In this document: piece by piece, positions 13,799 to 26,651 of the stretch | Numbering within the stretch: the stretch's first letter is position 1 | Layout of the letters: every line of letters starts with the position of its first letter | Notes under the pieces: model-generated | Database searches by the model: none | What the model saw: only the letters and a program-made list of their open reading frames with translations | Told to the model about the DNA's origin: nothing | Made by a program: the position numbers and the translations under genes | Source of the DNA: Vicugna vicugna | Lineage: Eukaryota | Assembly: GCA_013265495.1 (NCBI GenBank) | Contig: MU058781.1 | Span: forward strand, 4,217,050 to 4,281,049 | Reading direction: 5' to 3' | Length of the DNA: 64,000 nucleotides

Positions 13799-14620
13799 TC
13801 TTAGGTTGGGTTCCTCAGAAGCAGATCCCAAGCCAATGATTCAAGGGCAAACAGCTTATTAGAAGTAAATTGGTTTGCCTAGGCTGCCGTAACAAAGCAC
13901 CGGAGGCTAGATGGTTAAACAGCAGAAATTTACTTCTTCACGGTTGTGGAGGCTGGGAGTCTGAGATCAAAGTGTTGGTGGAGTTGATTTCTTCTGAGGC
14001 TTCTCTCCTTGGCTTGTAAACATCTGCCTTCCTCCTGGGTTCTCACGAGGTCATCTCTCTGTGAGTGTCTGTGCCCTAACCTCCTTTTCTTACACCGACA
14101 TCAGTCAGAGTGAATTAATGACCTCATTTTAACTCAGTCACCCCATTTAAAGATCCTATGTCCAAATATAGTCACATTCTGAGGGACTGGGGCTTAGGAT
14201 CTCAACATACGAATTTTGGGGGGAATTTGGGGAAGAAAGGTAGAAACACAGACAGTGAGACAGGAAAAGGAAAGCAGTCAATAAAGGGTACACTATTAAG
14301 GCCACCATCACAACAGGTGACGGGAGCTTGATTGCCAAGTGTAAGAAAACTATACAAAAGATGCATCAGAATTATTCTGGCCAAAGGACAAGAAGCTAGT
14401 GTATTTATACTCTGACAGCCTTTGGTCTTTGGTGGGTTTCTCCCACGGATGTCAGTTCCCAGGCACTTCTAGTCCACCGTGTCCACCAAGTGGATTCAGG
14501 CAGCTTGACCATGGCCCTGTAAGAGAATCAGATGTTGGCCCTTGGAAGTCTGGCTAGTGTGCATGAGAATGACAAGGGGGGCCCAGGGCATGTGAGCAGA
14601 GCTCCAACGGTGTCTGCTTA
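13799..14620 (-). mobile_element. LTR33-like ERVL LTR (interrupted by MLT1B)
   Basis: tcttaggttgggttcctcagaagcaga... continues after the insertion with gtgagacaggaaaaggaaagcagtcaataaagggt. Confidence 0.7.
13868..14232 (-). mobile_element. MaLR MLT1B-like solo LTR
   Basis: ggctgccgtaacaaagcac...ccaaatatagtcacattctgagggactggggcttaggatctcaacatacgaattttgggg. Confidence 0.85.
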
Positions 14621-14894
14621 GCAGCCTGCTCCAGAAGTTACAAAAAGAGCAGCAGACAAACTCAAAGAGAATGCAAGAATTAAAACAAATTCAAATGTGT
14701 GGATAGATGAGATCCACAAAACTATGGATTGGTTCATTAAAATACTAAAAATAATTTTATATTACTGTTTGGATTTCAATTAGAATAGAGAAGAGGTACA
14801 AATAAATAATGTCAGGAATTTAAAAACAGGATATCATTACAGATTCCACACACATGAGATCATTGAGAGGAAACAGACAGAAAAGAGAGCAAGT

Positions 14895-15440
14895 AGCAAT
14901 TCCAGGCCTAGGTATCTACTTAAAAGAATTGAAAACAGTTCCTCAAACACACACACATACATGCATGTTCTTAGCAGCAATATTCACAAAAGCCAAAAGG
15001 TAGTCACAACCCCAATTCCAATCAATGGTTGAATGGACAAACAAGTTGTGGTATATCCATACAACAGAATATTACTCAGCCATGAAAAGAATGAAGTACT
15101 GATACACGATACAATCTGGATGAGACTTAAAAACATTATGTTAAGGGAACAAAGCCAGACACAAAAGACCATGGACTGTATGGTTTCGTTTCTATGAAAT
15201 CTTCAGAATAGGTAAATTGGTGGAGACAGAAAGAAAACTATTGCTTGCAAGGGCCTGGCGGGGAGGGGAATAGGGAGTGACTGCTTAATGGGGTCAGGGT
15301 TTCCTTTTGGGATGATAAAAATATTTTGGAATTTGATAGAAATGTGATTGTGCAACCTGGGAACGTTCGAAATAACACTAAATATTCTCTTTGAAATGGT
15401 TAAGTCGATATGTGAAGTTTACATCAATTAAAAAAATAAA
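14895..15440 (+). mobile_element. LINE-1 3' end (L1MB-type)
   Basis: gtggtatatccatacaacagaatattactcagccatgaaaagaatgaagtactgatac...A-rich tail; ORF 14984-15172 is its antisense reading. Confidence 0.88.
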
Positions 15441-16844
15441 GAGAGAGGATGAGAAAGGAGCAGAACTACCTGGTGGCATTTAGGCGTGGAGTGCAGACCC
15501 TGTGCCAGACCTACAGCTGCCACGCCCCGACGATTTTTAATATTTTCACAATCTCATCAAATATTCCCAGTTGTCCCATAAGGTAGGGATTTTACTAGTA
15601 ATATTTGTTTTCACAGAGGAGAAGGGAGTTTATGGGAAAGAACTTCATCATTTCTCTGGTTTTGTGTCACTTTGCATTTTGCAGAGCTGATCCAGAGTAT
15701 CTCCCTCAAGAAGCAGGACCAAGAAACATAGAGGAAGTTACTTTAAGGCTTGGAGACGTCTCAGCTAAAGGAAGTGGGCCAGGGATGAGTGAGGTGCTCT
15801 GACATTCCAAATATAGCCTGTGCTTGGCCACTTAGGAAGATAGATCTGTTGCTAGCAACAAGTACTTAGAACGTGTGTGATTTGGCATGTCTTGAGCTGT
15901 GAAGTAGATGCAATGCAGGCAAAAAACTGATGATGTTATAGGGAGGGGCTGTGTCGGGTGCTAATTGCCATCTGCAGTGCCTGGAGGAGGGGTGGAAAGG
16001 AGTGATGAATCTCTTTCTTTTTAATAGATTTTCAGGATGGGAAAATCATATTGCAACCCCCGAGCATTTGGGAACCACTGTACGTTAAGACAGAAAGCAC
16101 ACTCAACATGAAGCTGGGAAAAACTCTCTACAAACTCACTTTGCAGATTCCTGGATGTCAGAAGAAAAGGTCAGAGCATTTCAATGGCCAGTGGCCCCGT
16201 AACTCCTTCCAGCCCCTTAGACGGAGCCCCAAAGAGACAGCAAAAAGCAGAACAGTAATACCAAGGGCTGTGAGACTTCTAATTACCACCTAGGATTACT
16301 TCTACGATCTCTGGAAGAGTGGGCAAAAGATGTCTGGTGAGACAGGGGCAGAGAAGAGATTTCAGCCTAAATCACAACCCTATGGGCACGTGGTGAAGCT
16401 AATTCTTTGGCACAGTTTAGAAATTGCATTAGAACGTACATTAGCAACGTTTTTGAGCACTGTGTGTGTTATTCTCTATAATTATACCTGGAGAAGTAGG
16501 TTAATATTGAATCTTTATTTTAATTTTACCAAGGAGAAAATTATTTTAAATGTTAAAGTGCAAATTAGCATAGAGTCATAGGTCCAAAGGCTGAAAAAAC
16601 TTTGGACTAAGTCCTAGTAAGAAATCAAATTATTGAAAGGTGAGGGAGAAGAAGGATTAAAGTAAAATTAAAACCAGAAAACCTTAGACTCACACTTAAT
16701 TTTCTTAAAACTCTAAAACTCTATGTTTTTACCATCATTTCAGCCATCAAATTGATCAGCATTCGATCTGTTGATTTAAACTCTGAATTCAAGTCTTTTC
16801 TGCCACTTTTCTGCCTTAATTCAGGCCTGGGTTATTATTTCTTT

Positions 16845-16988
16845 TCTTTTTTTTTTCTTTTTTTGTAAGTATGTATTTTTTTATTATGGTAAACTACACA
16901 TAACATCTACCATTTTAACTATCTTCAAGTGTGCAATTCAGTGGCATTAAGCTTATGAACAGTGTTGTATACAACCATCACCACTACT
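16845..16988 (-). mobile_element. Short LINE-1 3' end
   Basis: Poly-T followed by aagtgtgcaattcagtggcattaag...caaccatcaccacta. Confidence 0.75.
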
Positions 16989-16989
16989 G

Positions 16990-18705
16990 AGAGTGGAACA
17001 GAACTTTAAAGATGAGTTTTCTGAATTGGTTCTAGAAACTGACTCTCTAACCTAATTAGATTTTAAAATGCTCACGATTCTCTTTTCAGTGGTGAAGGCA
17101 CAGGTAAGTTAGATGAGGTGGCCCACACGCCTCTGGAGCCCGCTTCTGCTACACTGCCTTCCCTCTCCTAGAGGAAGAGCAAACTGGGGTCTGGTTTAAG
17201 GCAGTCCTGCACGGTATGCAGGCACCACCCGAAAGTGGGCAGCTGCAGCACCACAGCCCTTCTTTCTGGAACATCTCTGAAGGACAGTGATGAAGGGAAA
17301 TCCTGTCAGTGGGCAGAAATCCGAGCAATGCACCTGGTTGTTTACTTTGCTTTGAAGGAGAAATGGCCAGATGTATGATTATATGATTATACACTGATCC
17401 ATGGGCTGTGGCCAATAGTTTGGCTGGGTGGCCAGGAACTCAGAAGGAATATGAAGGGACACTTGGTGATGAGGAGATGTGGGACAGAGGGACGTGGATA
17501 GCTGTCTCTGAAGGGGCAAAAAACACAAAGGTATTTGTAGCTCATGTAAATGCTCACCTAAGGGTGACCTCAGCAGAGGAGGATTTAACCATCATGTGGA
17601 TAGGCTATCGTGTTCTGTGGACACCAGGTGGCCTCTTTCCCTGGTTACCACTGTCATTACACGCTGGGCTCATGAAAAAAGTGGTCATGGTGGCAGGGGT
17701 AGAGATCATGCCTGGGCTCAGCAAAGACTTGCACTCACTGAGGTCTACCTGGCTAAGCCGCTGATGATCACCCAATCTGCCAAACGTGGAAATTGTTGTT
17801 GAATCTCCAATATGGCCCCAATACCTATGATCAGCAGCTGCCAGGTGGTAGGTACATTGATTACATCACTTTCATCAGGGAAGGGGCAGCATTTTCTTAA
17901 TACAATGGACACTCAGGATACAGATTTGCCTTCCCTCCACGCAATGCTTCTGCCAAAACAACCATCCGTGGGCTTACAGAATGCCTTACCCTTTGTCACG
18001 GCATTCCACACTGCAGTGCTGCTCATCAGGGAAATCACTTCATAGTAAACGAGTGCACAATGAGCTCATGCTCATGGAATTCATTAGTCTTACCACGTTC
18101 TCCACCACCCTGAAGCAGTTGGCTTGATAAAATGTACTGGCTCAGTCACAGCGCCATTTAGGTGGTAGTGTTGTTCAGGGCTGGGACAAGGCTCTCCAGG
18201 AGGCTGGGTGTGCTCTGAATCAGTGTCTAATATATGATGCTGTTTCTCCCACAGCCAGGTATAGGAATCCAGGAGTGGAATTGGCAGTGACACCACTCAC
18301 TACCCCGAGTCTTCAACTGCAAAATTTTTGCTTCCTCTTTCCTTAGGTGTATGCTGTGCTGGCTTGCAGGTCTTAATTCCAAAGGGAGGAATGCTTCTAC
18401 CCAAGGAGTCTATTGAATTGGAAGTAAAAACTGTTGCCTGGCCCCTCTGTATTTTTTATGCCTCTGAATCAACAGGCAAAGAAGGGAATCTCTTAGTATT
18501 TCCAGGCCCTGTGATTAAGGTCAATGAAAAACTACAACAACCCAACCCAGGAAGGATCACCAGTGGCCCAGGTTCTGGAATGATGGTGTGGGTTACTCTA
18601 CCACGTAAAGTACCACAACCAGCTGACGCACCTACTGAAGGCCAAGGAAAGACAGAATGGGTAGTGAAAGAAGGTAGTTATAAATACCAGCCATGGCTAG
18701 TTGCA
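16990..18705 (+). mobile_element. pol: ERVL internal remnant: leader fused to decayed pol (RNase H, integrase, dUTPase-like/C-terminal part)
   Basis: Peptides match recalled ERVL pol: VANSLAGW, KVFVAHVNAH...TSAEED, WAHEKSGHGGR (IN zinc-binding H..H), GYRFAFPPRNASAKTTIRGLTECL..HGIP, PVIKVNEKLQQPNPGR, EWVVKEGSYKYQ. Many frameshifts and stops. Confidence 0.92.
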
Positions 18706-18734
18706 TAAATTAAGGGGAACGGACCCAAAAGACT

Positions 18735-18890
18735 GAAACCTGGATCCATAAGGATGTCTTTGAGTGGCTGAGTCAACCAGCTGTGCAGTCTTTCAGACCC
18801 CTGGACTTCTTATTAAGTGGAAGAAATAACCATATTGCTTAGGCCAAGGTTTTCTTATACTTTAAGTCAAAATCATCCCAACTGACACAG
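18735..18890 (+). mobile_element. Old MaLR LTR 3' fragment (MLT1J/K/L-like)
   Basis: ctggacttcttattaagtggaagaaataac...aaatcatcccaactgacaca terminus. Confidence 0.5.
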
Positions 18891-19257
18891 TGCGTAGGAG
18901 TGAGCAATACTGTTTCTATTACGAGGACCTCCAAATCTGGGCCATGGGCTGATTCCAGAAGTAGGAGTGGAAGACATCCTTACACTATCCCAAACTCTCA
19001 AATGCCTCTCTTCCCTTCCAGACTCTGGAAATCCCTTTAGTATGAGACAGAAATTATTTTTCCATAATTGAATATCAACCTGCTGACAGATTAGGAATGA
19101 TAGTAGAAAAAAATACCTGAGAAAATGATCAGTCTAAGAACTAATAAAGCAAGCAGATTTCAACAAGACACACTTCACGCTATCAAACTGATTATAAAAG
19201 ATCCTAACATTCAGATTGTTAGGGCCAGTTGTGCTAACATTTTTGAGAGCAAGAAAA

Positions 19258-19653
19258 ATTTATCACCTGCTTGGGCTGCTGGAACATCATGGACTGGGTG
19301 TCTTAAATAACAGCCATTTATTTCTCACAGTTCTGGAGGCTGGAAAGTCCAAAAAAAAAAAAAAAAGATGCTGACAGATTTGGTTCCTGGGGAAAGCTCT
19401 CTTCCCGGCTTATAGGTGGCCACATTCTTGCTGTGTCCTCACATGGCCTTTCCTGGGTACGTGTGCATGGAGGCAGTGAGATCTCTCCGTCTTCCTCTTA
19501 TAAGAGCATGAACCCCACCTTAAGGGTCCCACCCTCATGACTGCATCTCAACCTAATTACTTCTCAGAGTCCCCACCTCCAGTTACCATCTTATTGGGAA
19601 TTAAGGGTTCAACATACGAATTTGGGGGGCACACAAACATTCAGCTGATAACA
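19258..19653 (-). mobile_element. MaLR MLT1A-like solo LTR
   Basis: tttatttctcacagttctggaggctgg...cccaccctcatgac...acacaaacattcagctgataaca. Confidence 0.88.
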
Positions 19654-19702
19654 ATAAGCAGTGTTAAATCCTTATGAAAAACCATTAAAATGCTCACACC
19701 TT

Positions 19703-20222
19703 TGTCAGTGCCCTCTAGCCAATGACCACCAGGGACAACATACCAGTGTTTGACCAAGTTGGGTTTAATGCTCATGGGGGGCCCAGGGGAGGCTCAGTAA
19801 GAGTCAGGCAGGAATTATGATAGGATTTTGGTTGGTGTTAGGTGTTTGGGGGTAGGATTGAAAGAGGTGGAGCCTCGCTCTGGATTGGATGCTGTCAGGA
19901 AATGAAGGTAATTCTATGAAAAAATCTTGGCTAGAAGGCGAAAAGAGTAGGGTGAGACTGCAGCTAAAATTGGTGAAGAACAGAAGTCACTCGCATCATC
20001 CAGGACAGGAAGATGTCTGGTTACTTTCCCTTGTGTGATCTGGGCAAGATTCATGGTATATCTGGGCTCAGATGTGGAGTGGTCTAGTTTCTGTCCTGCT
20101 CCATCGTGGCCATTCTGGTCTGACGGCCGTGTTCCGTGAAACTGCTCGTGTTCAGTAGGAGCACTCTTAACTCTACGTGCCAGGCCAGCTCCTAGATGCC
20201 AGAGGCGCTTTTCTCTTTCTTA
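19703..20222 (-). mobile_element. Full-length ERV1-class solo LTR (family uncertain, MER67/MER110-like)
   Basis: Begins TG, ends TA (decayed CA); perfect 4-bp TSD CCTT at 19699-19702 and 20223-20226. Confidence 0.72.
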
Positions 20223-20241
20223 CCTTTCAACTCGAACCCAG

Positions 20242-20630
20242 TGTATATCAGTCAGCTGGGGCTGCCCTAACAAAGCACCACAGACTGGCTGATTCAAACA
20301 ACAGAAATTTATTTCTCATAGCTCTGGAGGTTGGAAGTTCAAGATCAAGGTGTTTACAGGGTTGGTTTCTGGTGAGGCCTCTCTCCTAGGTTTGCAGACA
20401 ACCGCCTTCTCTGAGTCCTCACATGGCCTTTCCTCTGTGCACGGAGACAGAGGATCTCTGGTGCCTCTTCCTCCTCTTACAAGGACACCAGTCTTATTGG
20501 GCTAAGACCTTAACTGTAGCACCTCATTTAACCTTAATTACCTCCTTAAAGGCCTTACCTTCAACATAGTCCTACTGGGGGTTAGGGCTTTAACATACGA
20601 ATTTGGGGGGACGTAATTCAGCCCATAACA
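20242..20630 (-). mobile_element. MaLR MLT1B-like solo LTR
   Basis: acagaaatttatttctcatagctctggagg...cttacaaggacaccagtc...aattcagcccataaca. Confidence 0.88.
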
Positions 20631-22611
20631 CTGTGCATCAGGTCCAAGATTTCTAGAGAGATCTTTCACAGAAAATATAAGTATTTCACATGTTGATCTA
20701 CTTTAATAGTAGGACTTAGAAACAGACAAGTATCAAAAGCAGCATAGAAAAGGAGGGCCCAGGGCTGGGTCAGGTGGTATCATGGTTGTGGGTTAACTGG
20801 GAACTGTTTTTAATTATTTATTTTCTCATGTTTTTATAATATTGTTTTTGCAGCAAGGAAGACACAAATACCTATGGGAAAGTTGGATAAACAGACTTAA
20901 AAGTTTTTGCCCCATAGAGTAAGTGAAAGCTAGCAGGCGTTCTGCCAGCGTGTTCTGGTGCTTATGGGTCGGGCAATCAGAAGAGGGGACCGATGGGGCA
21001 CTGAGGCGGGGAGGGGACCCACTTCAGCAGGGGGCTCAGCAAAATCCAGAAAGGGCAGCTAGGGAAAACCCGGAAAATCTAGCGCCTCCCTGATCTGCCA
21101 ACTGTCAAACCTGCTGTATCATCAGCCCATAATGACCCAAATCACTTCCAGGCTCTGCCCTCAAAACTGAGCCAAGCTTCTGTGTGTCACGGCTGCCACA
21201 CCCCACAAGCAGCTGGGAAGGAAGAACCCTGGAAGGAATAACCCCCGACCACACGGCCCCCGCCCTCAGCCCCAGCAGAGCTCGCACTCCAAGAAACGCT
21301 CTGCTACGTAGGAGATGCTGAATGAGAGATTCCTCTTAGTCTGTTTTTGTTGTTCTCATAACTGTTCTTTGTTTTTTTTTTTAACCTGAAAGAATTTCCC
21401 CCCACATAAGGAATAGGTAGGGTAGAGACTTTTATTTAGTTCATAGATCTTGAAAAAGTGCCCAAGAGCCCTAAGCTCTTGGTCCACACTCCGAGTGGGG
21501 ACAGATCATTGCTGGAGAGAAGAGAACAGACTGTAATCTTCATTCTCAAAGTAGAGTCCAATGCTACTATCTGGGCCAAATCTATTTTTAGGGTAAAGGC
21601 TCCAATCTCTCGTGACCAATGATTTTCACTAACCTGTACGTGTGCCTGAGTGCCCAGCCCAGCCTCAGAACACAAAACCACGCCGACCTCCCTGCTAACC
21701 CTGCCCTACCCCACCCTACTCTTCCACACAGGGTCCCCCCGAGGTTAAAAGAGTTTATTTTGAAATGAAATGGCAACTGGAAAAAGCTTTTATTTTCACA
21801 TGGGAAAAACCTCATAAAGCATTTATTTCTCCTGATTAGTGTTCACAACAGCAGCCCGGAATGCTTTTCCAGCCAATTTGTCGTTGATCTTATAAAACAG
21901 ATCTCTCTTCTTGATCTGATTCCTCCTCTAGCCCTCGCCCCCGCCCTGTGCATTTGTTCTGCTTAAATCTTTCAGCACGTTTGTTAACTTGAATGACATT
22001 GAAAAAAAAGCACCACCCCATTAACGTGGAGTCATGCAGTCCCCAGGATGTGCATCATTCATTTAATCGGGACGGCTTGGTCCCTTCCCAGATGTTCCCT
22101 TTCAGCAGATACCATTGTGTTTTAAAACTTTGGATAATTACAGCTCTGTAAACCTAGAGTACAAGATGGGTTGGCTCCAGCCAGCTCCTCGCTCCTTATG
22201 TAACAGCTTCATTGTTTAGTAATCGCCCTATTCACAGAGCAAAGGGATCCCTGTCAGCCAAGACATCTATTCAAAGCACTTCCCCTGTGCTGGACAGACA
22301 GTAGCAGGAGCAGCGCTACCAAGAGAACCCAAACACTCGCCAGAGACTTGCTCCAAGTTTGACCAGGGCTGCTTTTCCCTTCTTAAATGGAACCATCCTT
22401 CAGAAATGTCTTCACCTTTTCTTTAGTAACAAATCAGCCTCTAGGCAGAGAGTTTCCTTTTGCCAGTGAAATACCTGCTAAATGCAGGGATCCCTGAATG
22501 GATGGGGGACGCCAGGTAGGTGCTGGGGGAAGTGTGGGGCCACTGGGAAATGAGACGAAGGGTGTGGGGTGAGGTACAGGGCACTGGGGGGTGGTCCACA
22601 CCTGTTGCTGC

Positions 22612-23171
22612 TGTCAGGAAGAAATTTTCCTCTGTCCTTCTAGGTTATCCTTCTGGTCTAAGAATTAAATTGACGTGAGACTAACAGGAGAAAACAAAAT
22701 AAGAGTTTCATAACATGTATCTATGAGAGAGACCCAGGAGAACGGAGTCACTCTCCAAAATGGCCAAAGTCCTCACCTTAAATACCATCTTAAGCTAAAG
22801 ACAAAAAGAGATGTTGCAGGTAGTGGTTTGGGACTTCAAAGGGGATGAAGGTAACTGACATGGAGATGGAAAAGCAAATGTTTGGTAAATAAACATGTGC
22901 CGGACCCTGCAGAGACAATGGGACACAGACTGACTCTGACCTTTAGGCACTGCCTAGATTTTCCCCCACCAGATCTAGCCCGTATTCTCTGAGGCTATTT
23001 CTGGTGATAGCTCTATTCCAGGAACAGGCTCTCTATCTAAATTCTTTTAGGCAGTTAGGAGCAAGGTCAAAGTTTCTTCCCAAGTCTTGTGGGCCTTAAT
23101 TGTTTTCAGCTTGCAATAACCCGCATGCCAAAGAGACATTTTGGGGTGACAAGCTTTGACATCCTTTGCCA
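22612..23171 (-). mobile_element. ERV1 solo LTR (MER34-related, possibly lineage-specific)
   Basis: tgtcaggaagaaattttcctct...ctaacaggagaaaa...atgccaaagagacattttggggtg matches antisense MER34-group architecture. Confidence 0.7.
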
Positions 23172-23899
23172 CCCCAAAGGATGAGAGAAAGAAGAGATAA
23201 ACATCCCTAAGCTATTTCCTGGCCAAGTGCATAATGCCCTCTGGGAACCCTGGGGGTGAGGGGACAGGAGCTGCACAGAATAGGAAGAGGCAGGGGGTTC
23301 TGAAACTCCGGGAGGATCTTCATCAGGGAGTCTATACCCACACTTCCCAGCCTGTCAGATCCCAGTGAGTGTCGGAGCACAGATTCCTCTGGCTCCTGCC
23401 CACACCTGCTGACGCAGTAGCACACACCCCCTGGACAGTGTCCCCGCCCCACTGGCATTTCGGAGATTCCCTGGAAATCTGCTTTGAGGGTTAAGACCTT
23501 AAGCCACACAGAACTGATTTCCTCTGACATTCCTGGTGGATCTAAGAGCCCTCAGCAAACCACCCCAACACACAACCTGCCCTCCCGCCCCCTGAGCTGT
23601 CTCCCAGTCCGGATCCTGCAGGCCCCTGGGAAGCAGGCAGTGGACAAATAACAGAGGGAGATTGAAAACGGAACAGCAAAGAGCCAGAGAGAACAACCAT
23701 GGAAGCTGATTCAATATGGACCCAGCAGGGGTAGTGATGCTATAACCATCCCTGAGAATCGACGAGCTCATGATCGATTACTAGAAACATTTCTTTCTTT
23801 TACTCTTTTCCTTTCTAAATACATATGCATACTTTTTATATTTATGCATTTTATATGAATCAATGTATATGTATGTATATATATGTATGTGTAAATATA

Positions 23900-24254
23900 G
23901 CATCATGGTTTTGGCATAAAAAATTATTTTAAAGTGAAAATATTTGAAATCTTAGCTGAATTTCCCTTAGCAGAGCCTCCCACCAGGAAGGAGACTGACA
24001 GCTTGTTTCCAACAGAGTCAAGAAAAACCCAACAGAACCTGGTACACTTTCCCTCAGAAGCCCCACCCTCCCCTTTTTGTTGAGCTGGTATATGAACTTT
24101 GACCTCTGAGTATTCGGCAAGTTACTCATTACTGAGAACTCTCAGGGGCACGTGCAAATAAACCTCGTCTTTTCCCTTGTTAATCTGTCTATTGTCAGTT
24201 AATTTGCAGGCCCTGACCGGTCAGCCTAAGTGAGGGGGAGAAGGGTCCCCCACA
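23900..24254 (+). mobile_element. MER34/MER39-like ERV1 LTR fragment
   Basis: ttggcataaaaaattattttaaagtg...aataaacctcgtcttttcccttgttaatctgtctattgtcagttaatttgcagg. Confidence 0.65.
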
Positions 24255-24275
24255 CCCATCTCCGAGAATTTGTGA

Positions 24276-24312
24276 ACACACACACACACACACACACACT
24301 CTCTCTCTCTCT
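24276..24312. repeat. Compound (AC)n(TC)n microsatellite
   Basis: Directly visible. Confidence 0.95.
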
Positions 24313-24809
24313 GCTAACTGGCAGTACCTGTGGGCCCTCCCACATCTGAATACCGGGGCTTCTGGCCCCACAGTGCCCTGTCACCCCCACCTGACACGCA
24401 GGCACACAAAGCACTAGAAGTGGGGCCCCTCCCATCCGGCTCCACTCCTGCCTGGCGGGACCAGCTGTGCCTGCCGGTCTGCTGGGCGCTCCCATCTCTG
24501 ACCACAGCTGAGTCCCCTGGCCTCCAGGACACCAGAGCCACTGAGCCTTCTACTGTCTACAGGATCTGGGGGGTGGGGAGGTCCTCTATTCCCTGTGTGA
24601 TTTTCTAGCAGAGATTTTATTTTTAAGCACACTGTTTCTATTGTGTTGCTTTGTTTTCTTCCCTTTAAAACCTGCTTCTCCCCACGGAGTTCAGACCTGC
24701 CTCTGATGCAGCCTGGAAGGGGACCCGCTCCCCATTCGGAACCCCCAGCTCCTGCAGGCATCTGGTCTGCGGTCCTCAGGGCACTTCGAACACCGCCTGG
24801 CACATGGCC

Positions 24810-25129
24810 CAAGTCCACAGCCCTGTCTCCATAAATCTAAAATCCAGAAAGCTCTGAAAACAGAAAGATTTTTATAACCGCTTTGGTGGCAAACTCTGAC
24901 ATGATCTAAGGTTCCATGTATCCCACTTACTGTACATATTTATGTATTTTGCTGATACAAGCCTGTGGAAATATGAATGCGTTTAAGTCCCAGGGTGCTG
25001 CCTCGGACCTCTCTGGGATGGTATGGAATATTTGCTTTATGCACCCGAGTGTCTTGCTAAAATCTGAAACATTCTGAAACCTGAAACCCATCTGGCCTCA
25101 AGGGCTTCAGATATGTGACTGTGGGCTTC
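24810..25129. mobile_element. MER46C-like TcMar-Tigger MITE
   Basis: Decayed TIRs caagtccacag.../...ctgtgggctt; aaatctgaaacattctgaaac...catctggcctcaagggcttcagata. Confidence 0.6.
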
Positions 25130-26019
25130 GCACGTTCCGGGCAGTATGTGCTGAGTGAACATCTGACTCGTTCCTTCTTTCCCACACACGGCTTTTCCTA
25201 TAGGTCAAGTTCTTGGTGCTGTCTCCTACCCCTGCAGTGGCAGCTGTCCCCTGGCTTCATGCAAACAGGCTCTGGTGGATCTGCGCGGGCTCAGGATGGC
25301 CAGCGGGGACAATCTGCGTGGTCCAGAGCTGAGCCCTGATTGGGAGTTTCATGACACAAAACCAACTCATCTTTAACATCACTTGAAGAAAACCAAGAGA
25401 AAAACGGAATATTTTCAGATCTGAGCAGGCACTTGAGTCCAGCCAGTTAACAGGAAAAACAAAACAAAACAACAACAACGAAATGATGAATTTACCCTTG
25501 CTAGTAGTCAGTCCCAAACACCGGACGGGGATGTCTATGGACGCTCCAGCCATACTGAATCAGCTGTTCCAGAATCCTCTGTTATTTCACTCTCCCTCCT
25601 TTCCCCTTCTCTCTGCACTGCCCAAGGTCCTGGCTCTAACCTCCTGGTGTCCCAGATGGTTGGATTCACCAAGCCTCTTCCGTGTCCCTGTCTACTTTCG
25701 TATTTATATTTAGGATTTCTACTCCTTCAAAAAGTTCCCCCCAAATTGATTGAGTCCCAGGCCCCACAAAACCTGAACACTCTCTGGGAGCTGACAGGCA
25801 TTCCTGGCCCCAACCTGGCGACCAGCGGGGGCTCCCTTTTGTCTTAAGTTTTCCACATTCTTCCTGGTGGAGCACCTGCAAGGCATACCTCCGTCATACT
25901 GTTAATGATGGCTTCTCACTACATAACTTGAGTATTTTATGCTAACATGCTCCCTGCCTTCCTGGAGTCAGAGGCCAGAGAATATAACTGACTTACAGGA
26001 AAGTCTCCGTAGCTCTGAA

Positions 26020-26150
26020 TTAGGCATTTTTGCTTTCACTTATGGATGAGAAAGGTGATGCTCAAAGAGCTTAAAGAGTAAAGTATCTAACATCACAGAG
26101 CTGGTTAGAGACCTGGCTAGAGTCTGAACCCAGGTCCTCAACTCCTTAAC
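26020..26150 (-). mobile_element. MIR fragment
   Basis: ttatggatgagaaaggtgatgctcaaagagcttaa...catcacagagctggttag. Confidence 0.55.
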
Positions 26151-26651
26151 TGGTGTTTCCGTCTCTGTTCCATCGTCCTAACCCATCAGAGGCATTCGCC
26201 CGAAGAAGGAAAGAAACTGGGTCTTTCTTGTCGGAGCCAGTGAACCAAAGACGCACGTGGGCCTTTTTGAGAAACCAGGGCCTCACGTTCCCAGCGTTTT
26301 CAGGAAAGAGACAACTTTTGAGGCCGTGTTCTCTCCTTTCATTTTTTTTCACACTGATGTGTGCTTCAGTAGGAAGGGGATTCCCACGCTTCAGATGCGA
26401 ACGCGCTTACGCCGCTGAACAACGTTTGGCTTAGTTACTAAGAGGGCTGCACGACTCGGGGCCAGAGCCATCGCAGGGTGACTGCGGCCCGCGCACGCCG
26501 GTATTTGTGCCTGTGGCGAGACAGAGGCCGGGGACGCCACAGGGCGTGGGGCTGAGAGGCAGGGTCTCCTCGTCACCCCTCTGTGTCCAACACGCGTGGG
26601 CTTCCAGGAGGTGATTCTGGGTGAGCAGTGCAGAGGTGGTAAGGAAGGGAC

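Larger units (their letters stand above)
13620..14870 (+). mobile_element. Old L1 ORF2 fragment split by LTR33 (L1 parts ~13620-13797 and ~14625-14870)
   Basis: A-rich L1 ORF2 sequence (tagaaaatatttcaag...acatatcaaaattta) resumes after the LTR (gaagttacaaaaagagcagcagac...atatcattacagattccac). Confidence 0.6.

Noticed and set aside
21020..25836. Weaker CTCF-like motifs (tcagcagggggctc ~21023; ccagcgggggctc ~25822)
   Set aside because: Partial matches of a kind common in GC-rich DNA; not supportable without a PWM scan or ChIP.
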